NCBI GenBank assembly: GCA_035539375.1
Contig: DATLIP010000099.1
Location: 1,394-65,393, forward strand
Source of the DNA: Bdellovibrionota bacterium
Lineage (GTDB): Bacteria > Bdellovibrionota > UBA2428
Reading direction: 5' to 3'
DNA length: 64,000 bases
Within the stretch, counting starts at the first letter, position 1; each line of letters opens with the position of its first letter. The translations under genes and the position numbers were made by a program. The notes below the pieces were generated by a model. That model worked only from the letters and a program-made list of their open reading frames with translations, was not told the origin of the DNA and ran no database searches. Below are positions 24,771 through 34,141 of the stretch, one piece after another.

Positions 24771-27700
24771 GTCTGCCGCTAATTTCGATCAAACGTCCGG
24801 TCTTCGGCTGGATGGCCACCATCGCTCTCTTCTTGTTCGGAGCGATCTCGCTCAACAATCTCGGTGTTTCACAATATCCTGATGTCGACTACCCCATGGT
24901 GAGTGTGCGGGTGGGGTATCCAGGAACGGCACCCGAACTTATGGAAACCGACGTCGTGGAGCCACTTGAGAGCGCGCTCACCACGGTCGAGGGCGTGCAG
25001 CGCATCACTTCGAGCGCGTCTTATGGTTCGGCTTCGGTGACCCTCGAGTTCGACATTTCTAAAGATATCAATATCGCGGTTCAAGACGTCAACGCTGCCG
25101 TGCAGGCGGCGATCCGTCAGCTCCCCGAGGACATCGACCCACCCACCATTCAAAAGCGCAATCCGGAAGATCGCCCGATCTTGTGGCTCGGACTCTCGGC
25201 CGATGTGCCAACGCGCGATCTGATGTTTTTTGCCAAGAACAGCGTCTCGGATCGTTTCGCGACGGTTGAAGGCGTTTCGGCGGTGGACCTGGGTGGTTTT
25301 TTGGAGCCCGTGGTTCGCGTGTGGCTCGATCCCAACAAGCTCGCGCAGTACGAGCTCACCTACGACGACGTGCTCGCCTCACTCAAGAGCGAGCACAAGG
25401 AAATCCCCACGGGTCAAATCGTGGGCGCCAAGAGTGAAAAGGCTCTACGGTTTTTGGGCGAGGCCGCCACGGTCAAAGAGATCTCAGAGTTGATGATCAC
25501 CAAACGTTCGGGCTCGCTGCTCTACACCAAGATCACCCTCGGCGAATTGGGCAAGGTTCAGGCGGGACTCGAAGACCAGCGCCGCTTTGCTCGCATCGAT
25601 GGCAAGCGTTCGGTGGGCATTTCGATCCAAAAGCAACGGGGCGAAAACTCGGTGGCCGTGGCTGAGCGTGTGCGCGAGCGCATGGCGCAGATTTCCTTAC
25701 CCGAAGGTTATAAGTTGAGCGTAAACTTCGACACGACCCATGAAATTCAAAAATCGATTCACGAGCTCGGCGTGACACTCATCATCTCCATCTTGCTCAC
25801 GGGTGTCGTGTGCTGGCTCTTTCTGGGGTCGATTTCCTCAACCATCAACATCATCATCGCCATTCCGACGAGCATCTTTGGCACCTTCATCGTCATGCAG
25901 TGGCTGGGCTATACGCTGAACCTCTTTACGATGCTGGCGCTCATTTTGTCGGTGGGGATCATCGTGGACGACGCCATCATGGTGCTCGAGAACATCTTTA
26001 AAAAGCGCGAGACCGAGAAAAATCCCGCGCGCGCCGCCTGGCTCGGCGCCGAGCAAGTGCAGTTTGCGGCCATCGCCACGTCGATTGCCATTGTGGCCAT
26101 TTTCTTGCCCGTGATCTACGTGAGCGGCATGGTCGGAGCCTATCTCACGCAGTTCGGCATCGTGCTCAGTGTGGCGGTGCTTTTTAGCACTTTCGAAGCG
26201 CTGACCTTCACGCCAATGCGTATGGCGGGTTTCAAGGACGAGGGCGAGCCGAATGGCATCCCGGGAATCTTTTCGAGATTCGTCAAACGCGCGGCCAATC
26301 GCTACGCTGCCTGGGCAGAATCCACCTTCCGTTCGCGTTCCAAACCTTTCGCATTTTACGCCGCCGCGCTGGTGCTCTTTGGCGCCTCGCTAGCCACGGT
26401 GCTTTCGATTCCCACGGAATTAATTCCTCAAGAAGAAACCGGCACGATGATGGTGCGCTCGGAGCTTCCGCTCGGAACTTCGCTCGAAGAAAATTCGCGC
26501 CGCCTCGAAGACGTTGAAAAAATCATCAAAGAACAAGAAGGCATTCTGCGCTCGTACTCGATTCTCGGTTCGGGCGGTGTGAACCAAGCGATGCTCATGG
26601 TCACCCTTAAGGATCGTGAAGATCGCAAATTGACTCAGGCACAGATCGAGTCTCAGTTGCGTGAAAAGCTTCGTACCCTGGGCAAAGACTTTAAAGTGCG
26701 ACTGCAGCCCACGGGCGGCGTGAGTATTGGTGGTCAGAGCGGTTATCCTGTGGATCTCACTCTGCGGGGTGGGGCGTGGCCGGATCTTATCAAATCGGCT
26801 CAGAACCTAGAAAGCAAAATGCAAGCTTCGGGGCTCGTGGTTGACGTACGACAGAGCTTTGATCAAGGAAATCCCGAAATCGCCATCATTCCGAACCGTG
26901 AGCAGGCTCGTCTCTACGGCGTTTCCGTGGAGACGATCGCCGAGACGCTGGCGTTTTTCTATAACGGCATCGATGCGGCCAAGTACAACGACGAAGGCAA
27001 GCGCGTTGATGTCATCGTCAAGGCCGATCCCCAGGCTGCTCCGACAAACATTGAGGGGCTCAAGAAGCTCGTCATCCGCAATTCGCGCGGTCAACTCGTG
27101 CCGCTCGCGACGTTGATTCAGGCGAGGGACACGCTCGCTCCGGTTTCGATCAATCGCGAAAACCGCGAGCGCAAAATCTCGCTCTCGGCGAACCTCGCGG
27201 ACGGACAATATCTCGGCCCCGTGCTTGAGCACATGAAAAAGCTCGCCAACGAATCGGTGGTGGGCGACGTGCGCTACGACGAGAGCTCGGGCGCGAGTGG
27301 CGACTTCAATCAAATCTTTAAAGATCTGATCTTTGCGCTGGTGCTCGGCATCGCGGTGGCCTACATGGTGCTCGGCTCGCAGTTCAACTCCTACATTCAC
27401 CCCGTGACGGTGCTCTTGGCGCTGCCCTTTAGTGTGTCGGGCGCGTTTTTCGCATTGTGGGTAACGGGTTCGACGCTCAACCTCTTTTCGATGATCGGTT
27501 TGCTTTTGCTGATGGGCATCGTCAAGAAGAACTCCATTATGCTCGTAGAGTTTGCTAACCAAGGCCGCGAAACGAAAGGACTCAGCGCAGCGGCCGCCAT
27601 GGTGGAGTCGTGTCGCAATCGTTTTCGACCTATCCTCATGACCGCTTTCACGACGGTCGCCGCGGCTCTGCCGCCGGCCCTCAAGATCGGCACTGACACC

Positions 27701-27835
27701 GCTTCGAGTTCGATGATGTCGATCGGCATCGTGGGGGGCGTCATTTTTTCGACGTTTATGACGTACTTTGTCGTGCCCATTGCCTACGTGCACATGAGCC
27801 GTTTCGAGAAACCGCACCACGATTTGGGGCTCTAA
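24767..27835 (+). CDS. RND (AcrB/AcrD/AcrF-type) efflux transporter permease
   Basis: 1022 aa. It starts with RPVFGWMATIALFLFG...QYPDVDYPMVSV and has 12-TM architecture with two large periplasmic loops. The ATGA start overlaps the tolC-like gene. Confidence 0.92.
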   Translation: MSLPLISIKRPVFGWMATIALFLFGAISLNNLGVSQYPDVDYPMVSVRVGYPGTAPELMETDVVEPLESALTTVEGVQRITSSASYGSASVTLEFDISKDINIAVQDVNAAVQAAIRQLPEDIDPPTIQKRNPEDRPILWLGLSADVPTRDLMFFAKNSVSDRFATVEGVSAVDLGGFLEPVVRVWLDPNKLAQYELTYDDVLASLKSEHKEIPTGQIVGAKSEKALRFLGEAATVKEISELMITKRSGSLLYTKITLGELGKVQAGLEDQRRFARIDGKRSVGISIQKQRGENSVAVAERVRERMAQISLPEGYKLSVNFDTTHEIQKSIHELGVTLIISILLTGVVCWLFLGSISSTINIIIAIPTSIFGTFIVMQWLGYTLNLFTMLALILSVGIIVDDAIMVLENIFKKRETEKNPARAAWLGAEQVQFAAIATSIAIVAIFLPVIYVSGMVGAYLTQFGIVLSVAVLFSTFEALTFTPMRMAGFKDEGEPNGIPGIFSRFVKRAANRYAAWAESTFRSRSKPFAFYAAALVLFGASLATVLSIPTELIPQEETGTMMVRSELPLGTSLEENSRRLEDVEKIIKEQEGILRSYSILGSGGVNQAMLMVTLKDREDRKLTQAQIESQLREKLRTLGKDFKVRLQPTGGVSIGGQSGYPVDLTLRGGAWPDLIKSAQNLESKMQASGLVVDVRQSFDQGNPEIAIIPNREQARLYGVSVETIAETLAFFYNGIDAAKYNDEGKRVDVIVKADPQAAPTNIEGLKKLVIRNSRGQLVPLATLIQARDTLAPVSINRENRERKISLSANLADGQYLGPVLEHMKKLANESVVGDVRYDESSGASGDFNQIFKDLIFALVLGIAVAYMVLGSQFNSYIHPVTVLLALPFSVSGAFFALWVTGSTLNLFSMIGLLLLMGIVKKNSIMLVEFANQGRETKGLSAAAAMVESCRNRFRPILMTAFTTVAAALPPALKIGTDTASSSMMSIGIVGGVIFSTFMTYFVVPIAYVHMSRFEKPHHDLGL

Positions 27836-27910
27836 GGGAACCTCTGACCAGCGCGTCGTAGGAAAATTGTCATATATATAGTCAGATTCTCTGGTTACAC
27901 TGGAGGCATC

Positions 27911-28687
27911 ATGATGAAACTCGCGATGGCCACGGTTTTATTTGCGGTGAGCGCAGGGGGCGGCCGTTTTGGTTGCGTCCCCACCGATTTCAAAGGCGAA
28001 GGCTCCGGCTCTTCGAATCACGGTGGTGGTGGAGGCGGCGGCTGGTCGCTCTCTTCTCTTTTCGGTGGTGGGTCTGGCGGCGGCGGCGACGCGCACAGCG
28101 ATATGGATGGCATTGAACTCTTGGGTGCCAAAGGCAAATGGCCTGATTACGTAAATGCAATGGCGAGCAAAGAAATCGACTCGCACCCCAATCTCGTGAA
28201 CGGCATTCCCGGCCGCGGCAACCCCCTGGCGGGGATCTGCGATAACTACATGTCGCTGAATACCGAACAGCGTAAAACCGTTCTGATGAAAGTGGCGCCT
28301 CCACTCTCTTACGGCGAAAGTCATTTCGGATTCAAGGGCAATGGCGGCGAGCACAATCGCTACCGCCGCTCCTACGGCCCTTTCCAGATTTCACACGGAG
28401 CCGAAAGCTGGGGCTGCTGGCAAGGTGGCTACAAGCCCATGGACTGGCGTTCGAACCTCGACTGCGTTTACAAAATTTTTGATGGTCAATACACTCGCAA
28501 GGGCCTGCCTATTGCGAACAATCAATCGTACTGGTCGGTCATGCGCCCGAGCAGGTACTTGAGTTCGCGCTTTATGAAAACCTTTAAGGATCTCGCACCA
28601 GAGTGCAACTCTTCGGTCGCTGTGCGTCCTACGAAAGCGTTTCCGGGGGCGAAGGTCATCGACAGCAATAACACCGGAGCGGGTTAG
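27911..28687 (+). CDS. Secreted Gly-rich protein with putative lysozyme-like/SLT-type transglycosylase domain
   Basis: A signal peptide is followed by GGGGGGG and GGGSGGGG tracts. YGESHFGF...SYGPFQIS resembles the catalytic E-S...G-L-M-Q arrangement of SLT domains. The match is weak. Confidence 0.4.
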   Translation: MMKLAMATVLFAVSAGGGRFGCVPTDFKGEGSGSSNHGGGGGGGWSLSSLFGGGSGGGGDAHSDMDGIELLGAKGKWPDYVNAMASKEIDSHPNLVNGIPGRGNPLAGICDNYMSLNTEQRKTVLMKVAPPLSYGESHFGFKGNGGEHNRYRRSYGPFQISHGAESWGCWQGGYKPMDWRSNLDCVYKIFDGQYTRKGLPIANNQSYWSVMRPSRYLSSRFMKTFKDLAPECNSSVAVRPTKAFPGAKVIDSNNTGAG

Positions 28688-28695
28688 GAAATTAT

Positions 28696-29313
28696 ATGCA
28701 AAAAATGTGGATTCCATCAAAGTGCTTCGGGTTCCTGATGTTGGCCATGGCGATGCCTGCGCTTGCGCAAAATTTAGAGCCTGTCGTTGAACTAGGGAAT
28801 TTTTTAAAATCGCAGCCCGCCCCGCAAAGCGGTGTCTTCTCTTTTACTTCTGAGAACGATGACGACGATGGCGACGAGTTCATCACTCACGACGCCATTC
28901 TCTCTTGGAACACTGAGGGACAAACGTTTTCGCTAAACCTCCTTTCCAACGAAAATGCGAAAAAGACGTTCGCTATCTTTGAGTTTTCTCTTAAGCAGGG
29001 GTTTCGCTATACCGAAGGCACCAAGCCGGCTGAGAAAAGCGGCGCGCTGGACACGTTCTACAGCAAGTTGTGGGGCGGCGACGGAAAATTCGATCTCGCC
29101 AAGGCCTTTAGCGTCAAGCGTGAAGCGGTGATGGAAGATGGCGATTTGCTTTTTTATCGCTACAAACTCGAGCCCAAGGGCACGGTAAAAAATCTTCCTG
29201 TAAAGAACATCGAAGTGCAGATGTACCCAGGCCTCAAAAAAATCAAATTGCTGCGTTTCTTCGTCGCGAAAAAGGCCTATATTTGGGCCGAGGAACCGAA
29301 AGTAGAAGAATAA
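28696..29313 (+). CDS. Secreted hypothetical protein
   Basis: Signal FGFLMLAMAMPALAQ and an acidic tract ENDDDDGDEF. No family recognised. Confidence 0.55.
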   Translation: MQKMWIPSKCFGFLMLAMAMPALAQNLEPVVELGNFLKSQPAPQSGVFSFTSENDDDDGDEFITHDAILSWNTEGQTFSLNLLSNENAKKTFAIFEFSLKQGFRYTEGTKPAEKSGALDTFYSKLWGGDGKFDLAKAFSVKREAVMEDGDLLFYRYKLEPKGTVKNLPVKNIEVQMYPGLKKIKLLRFFVAKKAYIWAEEPKVEE

Positions 29314-29337
29314 GTTCCTCGCGAGGAGATCCATCAT

Positions 29338-29781
29338 ATGCGCGCACTATTTATCTTAGCACTCAGCCTTGGCGTTTCTGGCGCCGCCTCTGCCGCCGAC
29401 CTCACGGACATCGCCGGCAAATGGCGCACCATCGACGACGAAACCAACAAACCCAAATCGATCGTGGAGATCACCAAAGTCGGTGAGGCCTATGAAGGCA
29501 AAGTGGTGCAGCTCTTCCGTGAGCCCACCCAAGATCAAAACCCCAAGTGCGACAAGTGCAAGGACGAGCGCAAGGATCAACCGATTCTCGGGCTCAAAAT
29601 CATCGACAGCCTGAAGAAGCGCGAATCGGATTGGGGCGAGGGCAACATCCTCGACCCTAACAACGGCAAAACCTACGACGTCAAAATGGAGCTCACCGAA
29701 GGCGGCCAACGCCTCAAAGTCCGAGGCTTCCTCGGCTTCTCGCTCCTGGGTCGCACCCAAACCTGGGAACGCGCCAACTAG
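29338..29781 (+). CDS. DUF2147 domain-containing secreted protein
   Basis: G.W...DDETNKPKSIVEI, ...G.I.DP.NGKTY and ...LKVRGF.G.S.LGRTQTW are the hallmark blocks of DUF2147. A signal peptide and SD GAGGAG are present. Confidence 0.8.
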   Translation: MRALFILALSLGVSGAASAADLTDIAGKWRTIDDETNKPKSIVEITKVGEAYEGKVVQLFREPTQDQNPKCDKCKDERKDQPILGLKIIDSLKKRESDWGEGNILDPNNGKTYDVKMELTEGGQRLKVRGFLGFSLLGRTQTWERAN

Positions 29782-29796
29782 CGTACCCGTCCCCAA

Positions 29797-29854
29797 AGTT
29801 CCAGCTACCGAGTATCCAGGTACCGCGGTACCTGGATACTCGGTAGCTGGAACT
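29797..29854. repeat. Perfect 58-bp palindrome (29+29, no loop)
   Basis: agttccagctaccgagtatccaggtaccg|cggtacctggatactcggtagctggaact, verified base by base. It lies 16 nt after the DUF2147 stop and 39 nt before the Fur box. No trailing T-tract. Confidence 0.95.
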
Positions 29855-29892
29855 AAGCGCACGCTGCGTTATCTATTGTTCGCATCCTAATC

Positions 29893-29911
29893 GATAATAA
29901 TTATCATTAAC
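29893..29911 (+). promoter_or_regulatory. Fur box upstream of the Fe(III) ABC transporter operon
   Basis: GATAATAATTATCATTAAC matches the 19-bp consensus GATAATGATAATCATTATC at 16/19 positions. It lies 66 nt upstream of the fbpA start. Confidence 0.75.
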
Positions 29912-29976
29912 GCAAAAGAAGGCTTGAAAGTGGTCTTAAAGTCTATAGGTTTGCCTCCTATAAGGAGATTCCTACG

Positions 29977-30996
29977 ATGCAAAGCCGAATTTTGAGCGTT
30001 CTCACCCCGCTGTTCTGCGCCGTGACCCCCTTGGCCCTTGCCGGTGGCGCCGCAAAAAGTACTGATGCTCTGACGATCTACACCTCTTCCAACGAAGAGT
30101 TCATCCGTCCCATTTTTGAAAAATTCACCCAAGAGAGCGGCATCAAGATCAACTTCGTTGCCGACAAGGGGCCCGTGCTTATCGAAAAGCTCAAGGCCGA
30201 GGGCGCGAATAGCCCTGCGGATCTGCTGACTACGGTCGACGTGGGCAACCTCTGGCTCGCTGGCGAGGCGGGCCTTCTGGCGCCTACCCAAAGCGCTGAG
30301 CTTGAAGCCAATCTCCCCGCGCAGTACCGCGCCCCGCACAACGAATGGGTAGGGCTCTCGATCCGCGCGCGCACGATTTTCTACAATCCCAAAAAGGTCA
30401 AAGCCTCGCAGCTCAGCACCTACGAAGACCTTGCCTCGCCCAAGTGGAAAGGCAAGCTCTGCCTGCGCACCAGCAACAACGTTTATAACCAGTCGCTCGT
30501 CGCCTCCTTTATCGAAAACTGGGGCGAGAAGAAAACCGAAACCGTGCTCAAGGGCTGGGTGCGCAACCTCGCCGCGCCGGTCTTCGCTAGCGACACTCCG
30601 ATGCTTGAAGCCATCGCTGCTGGTCAGTGCGCCGTGGGCATTTCGAACTCCTATTACTTTGCCCGTCTCATCAAAGACAAACCCAGCCTCGACGTGAAAC
30701 TCTTTTGGGCCGACCAGGGTGGTCGCGGCACTCACGTGAACGTGATGGGCGGCGGCGTGCTCAAGGCTTCCAAGAAAAAAGAACTCGCCACACAGTTCCT
30801 CGTTTGGGCTTCGCGCCTCGAAGCTCAGAAGCTGCTTTCGGCGATGAACTACGAGTATCCCGTGAACCCCAAGGCCGAGGTGAGTCCGCAAATCCAAGCT
30901 TTCGGCAACTTCAAGCCCGATGCAATGCCTCTCTACAAAGCCGGCGAAAAACAGCGCGCCGCTGTGCAGTTGATGGATCGTGTGGGTTACAAGTAG
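29977..30996 (+). CDS. fbpA: Fe(III) ABC transporter periplasmic substrate-binding protein
   Basis: Aligns from memory with Haemophilus/Neisseria FbpA (SPKWKGK, SNSYYF, GGGVLKASKKKE). Signal peptide, SD AAGGAG and an upstream Fur box are present. Confidence 0.8.
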   Translation: MQSRILSVLTPLFCAVTPLALAGGAAKSTDALTIYTSSNEEFIRPIFEKFTQESGIKINFVADKGPVLIEKLKAEGANSPADLLTTVDVGNLWLAGEAGLLAPTQSAELEANLPAQYRAPHNEWVGLSIRARTIFYNPKKVKASQLSTYEDLASPKWKGKLCLRTSNNVYNQSLVASFIENWGEKKTETVLKGWVRNLAAPVFASDTPMLEAIAAGQCAVGISNSYYFARLIKDKPSLDVKLFWADQGGRGTHVNVMGGGVLKASKKKELATQFLVWASRLEAQKLLSAMNYEYPVNPKAEVSPQIQAFGNFKPDAMPLYKAGEKQRAAVQLMDRVGYK

Positions 30997-31018
30997 CAAA
31001 TCTCAAGGAGGGCGATCT

Positions 31019-32593
31019 ATGGCTCGCTCTCTGCTCAGGCTTATCGCCTACCTTCCGGGGCTGCTGCTCGTGGCTCCGCTCGGCTTTTTGTTGATTCAGT
31101 CTCTCGGCTCCTCGGCCGAACTCATCGCGCATGTCAGCTCCACGCAAATGCAAGACGCGCTCGTCACCACAAGTGAAATGCTTGTGGGGGTGACGCTGCT
31201 CTGCCTCGTGCTGGGCGGCGCGAGCGCGTGGCTGCTCTCGCGCTACGAGTTTTGGGGCGCCTCGTTTTGGCGCTGGTCGCTGCTGCTCTCGCTCGCGCTG
31301 CCAGCCTACGTGCAGTCCTTTTTGTGGATCTCATGGCTCGATTACTCCGGCCTCGTGCCCACCTGGCTGCGCGATCACACCGGCGCCACGTGGACTGGAG
31401 TCTTTTCGAATTACCGTTCGCTACCGGGTCTTTTGGTGCCCGTTGCCCTCGCGCAATTTCCCTACATGTATCTTTTGATCTTTGAGGGCCTCGAAACCCA
31501 GAGCCGCAACCTCTCCGATGCCGCGCGCAGTCTGGGGCTTGGCCGCTGGCGCCGCTTTTACAAACTCGATCTGCCGATCCTCGTGCCTTGGATCGCCTCC
31601 GGGGTGCTGCTCGTGGGTATGGAAACCCTCGCAGACTTCGGTTCCGTGAGCGTCTTTAATCTGAACGTTTTCACCACGGTGGTGTACCGTGCGTGGTTTG
31701 GTTTGCAATCCATCGAAACCGCCTCTTTCTTCGCTATGATTCACGTGCTTTTTCTCTCGCTCTTCGTGGGAGTGGTGCTGTGGTTCGCGCGTCGAAAAAA
31801 GTACACAGACCCTTATGCGGGCCGCCTTAAGATGGAACGCCGTCGCTTGAACAAAACGCCATCGCTTGCGGCGAACCTCTTTATTGGCGTTCTCTGGCTC
31901 ATTTCCTTTGTGCTGCCAGTGCTGCAACTGATTTATTGGTCTTTCTCGCGCCCCGAAACCTTTCTCGACCCGCGTTTGCTGGAGCGCGCCACCAACTCGC
32001 TGCTCGTGGCTGGGCTTGCGGCATTCATCGCGGTGCTCTTTGCAGCCTTTCTCGTGTTTGCTCATCGGTTTTTAAAGAGCGCGGACATCGCGTGGGCCGA
32101 AAAGATTTCCTCTCTCGGCTATGGCATTCCCGGAACGGTGATTGCCGTCGGATGGATGGCCGCCGTCACGCGGCTCTGGGGAGCTTCGCTGCAATCCACC
32201 GCGCTCGTGGCGCTCGTGACAATGCTCATCGGACTTGCGACGCGATTTCTGGCGCTCGCGCAGCGCCCCGTGATGAGCGCCGCAAGTCGTATCTCCACAT
32301 CTATCGAAGAATCCTCTCAGAGCACGGGCGCTTCGCTGTGGCGCACCTTATGGCATATTCACGTGCCGCTTCTGAAGAACGCCTTTCTCATCGGCTTTCT
32401 TTTTGTGTTCATCGACACGCTCAAGGAAATGCCCATGACGCTGCTCATGCGCCCCTATGGTTGGGATACGCTCGCGGTACGCGTCTATCAGTACACTTCG
32501 GACTTCATGTGGCGCGAAGCTGCGGCTCCCTCGCTGATGATCGTTGTGGCTTCTATCGTTCCCATTTTTTTGCTGAGGAGACGCATTCAATGA
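31019..32593 (+). CDS. fbpB: Fe(III) ABC transporter permease (duplicated permease domains)
   Basis: About 525 aa with two tandem MalFG-type permease halves, as in FbpB. SD AAGGAGG precedes ATG 31019. Confidence 0.8.
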   Translation: MARSLLRLIAYLPGLLLVAPLGFLLIQSLGSSAELIAHVSSTQMQDALVTTSEMLVGVTLLCLVLGGASAWLLSRYEFWGASFWRWSLLLSLALPAYVQSFLWISWLDYSGLVPTWLRDHTGATWTGVFSNYRSLPGLLVPVALAQFPYMYLLIFEGLETQSRNLSDAARSLGLGRWRRFYKLDLPILVPWIASGVLLVGMETLADFGSVSVFNLNVFTTVVYRAWFGLQSIETASFFAMIHVLFLSLFVGVVLWFARRKKYTDPYAGRLKMERRRLNKTPSLAANLFIGVLWLISFVLPVLQLIYWSFSRPETFLDPRLLERATNSLLVAGLAAFIAVLFAAFLVFAHRFLKSADIAWAEKISSLGYGIPGTVIAVGWMAAVTRLWGASLQSTALVALVTMLIGLATRFLALAQRPVMSAASRISTSIEESSQSTGASLWRTLWHIHVPLLKNAFLIGFLFVFIDTLKEMPMTLLMRPYGWDTLAVRVYQYTSDFMWREAAAPSLMIVVASIVPIFLLRRRIQ

Positions 32594-33699
32594 CCTTTCG
32601 TGAAGACGACTTGCGCATCGATGGACTGAGTTTTTTTCGCGGCGAAACGGTGATCTTAAAAAACATCTCGCTGCGACTCCCTGCTCACGCTCTCGGTGCG
32701 CTCGTAGGGCCGAGTGGTTCGGGCAAGACAACGCTCCTGCGGCTCATCGCGGGCTTCGAACGCCCTGCTGAAGGCAGCATCGTTCTCGGTGGCGAGACCT
32801 ATTCCTCACCAGTCCATGTGCTCCCTCCCGAACGACGTGGCATCGGCATCGTCTTCCAAGACTTCGCGCTTTTTCCGCATCTCAGTGTCGAAGAGAACGT
32901 CGCTTACGGCCTTTTTCGCGCCACTTCCGAGCAGCGTCGTCAGCGTAGTGCCTACGTGCTTGAACTCTTGGGCCTAGCGCCTTTTGCCAAGCGCTATCCG
33001 CAACAACTCTCCGGTGGTCAGCAGCAGCGAGTTGCCCTGGGCCGCGCGCTCGCGCCCAACCCCAAACTCCTGCTCCTTGATGAACCCTTTTCGCAGCTCG
33101 ATCCCGAATTGCGCGAAGAGCTCATCCAGGTCATGAACCTCGTGCTGCGTGAGACCAAGATCACCACGCTCCTTGTCACTCACCATCAAGAAGACGCCTA
33201 CGACCTAGCCGAACATCTTGGAGTTCTCGAGGGTGGTGACCTGCTGCAGTGGGGAGATCCCTTTGAGCTCTACCACTCACCTCGAAATCGTTTTGTCGCG
33301 GATTTTCTCGGCAAAGGGGCGCTCCTACCTGCCACGGTCGAGAGTGCGGGCTTTGTGCAAACTGAAATCGGTCGCCTGCCCTGCGCCAAAGAATGGCCTA
33401 TTGGCGAGGTGTGCGAATTGCTCGTGCGCCCCGATGATTTGGTGCACGTCGACGGCGATGGCCACTTTAGCGGCACACTGCTCAAGAAGCGTTTTCGCGG
33501 TTCTGCGCACCTCTATACCATCGAACTCCCGAGCCGGCGTCAGGTGCTCGCACTCGTGCCCAGCCACCACAACCACCGTGTTGGTGAGAGGGTGGGGCTT
33601 GAGGTCGACATGCGGCACGTGAATCTTTATCCCTTTTCGGGCGAGCTAAGGTCCTTCAACTTCGACACGCTCATCACACGTGGTCACGAAGATCTCTGA
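32590..33699 (+). CDS. fbpC: Fe(III) ABC transporter ATP-binding protein
   Basis: Walker A GPSGSGKTT, signature LSGGQQQRVALGRAL, Walker B LLLDEP and a C-terminal TOBE-like region. The ATGA start overlaps fbpB. The upstream part of ORF 31936-33699 is out-of-frame read-through of fbpB. Confidence 0.88.
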   Translation: MTFREDDLRIDGLSFFRGETVILKNISLRLPAHALGALVGPSGSGKTTLLRLIAGFERPAEGSIVLGGETYSSPVHVLPPERRGIGIVFQDFALFPHLSVEENVAYGLFRATSEQRRQRSAYVLELLGLAPFAKRYPQQLSGGQQQRVALGRALAPNPKLLLLDEPFSQLDPELREELIQVMNLVLRETKITTLLVTHHQEDAYDLAEHLGVLEGGDLLQWGDPFELYHSPRNRFVADFLGKGALLPATVESAGFVQTEIGRLPCAKEWPIGEVCELLVRPDDLVHVDGDGHFSGTLLKKRFRGSAHLYTIELPSRRQVLALVPSHHNHRVGERVGLEVDMRHVNLYPFSGELRSFNFDTLITRGHEDL

Positions 33700-34139
33700 A
33701 GCCTGCGCCGGATCACAATGCGATTGTAGCGTAACGCGCAGATGCAGGGCAGATTTGCGAGTACGGCGTAGGCAAGCATCACGAGCTTCGCCCAAAGCGG
33801 ATTCCATATAAAAAAGATCGGGCACGTGGCAAGGGTCACCCAATGGGCCGCTTCGCCGCGGCAGGTTTCCCTCGCAAAACGTTCTAAGTACGCAGGTTCT
33901 CGTGAGAGGATCTTGCCCTTAGGAAAGCCGCCACGAAACCAAGCGGCGGCGTCGGGCAAATGCGATTTCCAAAATTTGATACGCAATCCTCGGCTGTACA
34001 GATCGCCACCGAGTTCCCAGCGGCGCTCACGAAAGAGCGGTGAGTTCGGGTCAAAGATTCGAAGGGGCAAATCCGTGAAGATCTTGGACACCAGGAGATG
34101 CAGAATGGGCCAGCCAAGAAGGTTTGCGATCCAGACCAT
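33684..34139 (-). CDS. crtO: Glycosyl-4,4'-diaponeurosporenoate acyltransferase-like (CrtO-type) membrane protein
   Basis: A 151-aa membrane protein. PLFRERRWELGGDLY...FWKSHLPD...RETCRGEAAHW... matches the CrtO family as I recall it. It is the last gene of the crt operon. The upstream 110 codons of the ORF overlap crtQ and were discarded. Confidence 0.65.
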   Translation of the reverse strand: MVWIANLLGWPILHLLVSKIFTDLPLRIFDPNSPLFRERRWELGGDLYSRGLRIKFWKSHLPDAAAWFRGGFPKGKILSREPAYLERFARETCRGEAAHWVTLATCPIFFIWNPLWAKLVMLAYAVLANLPCICALRYNRIVIRRRLQRSS

Positions 34140-34141
34140 CG

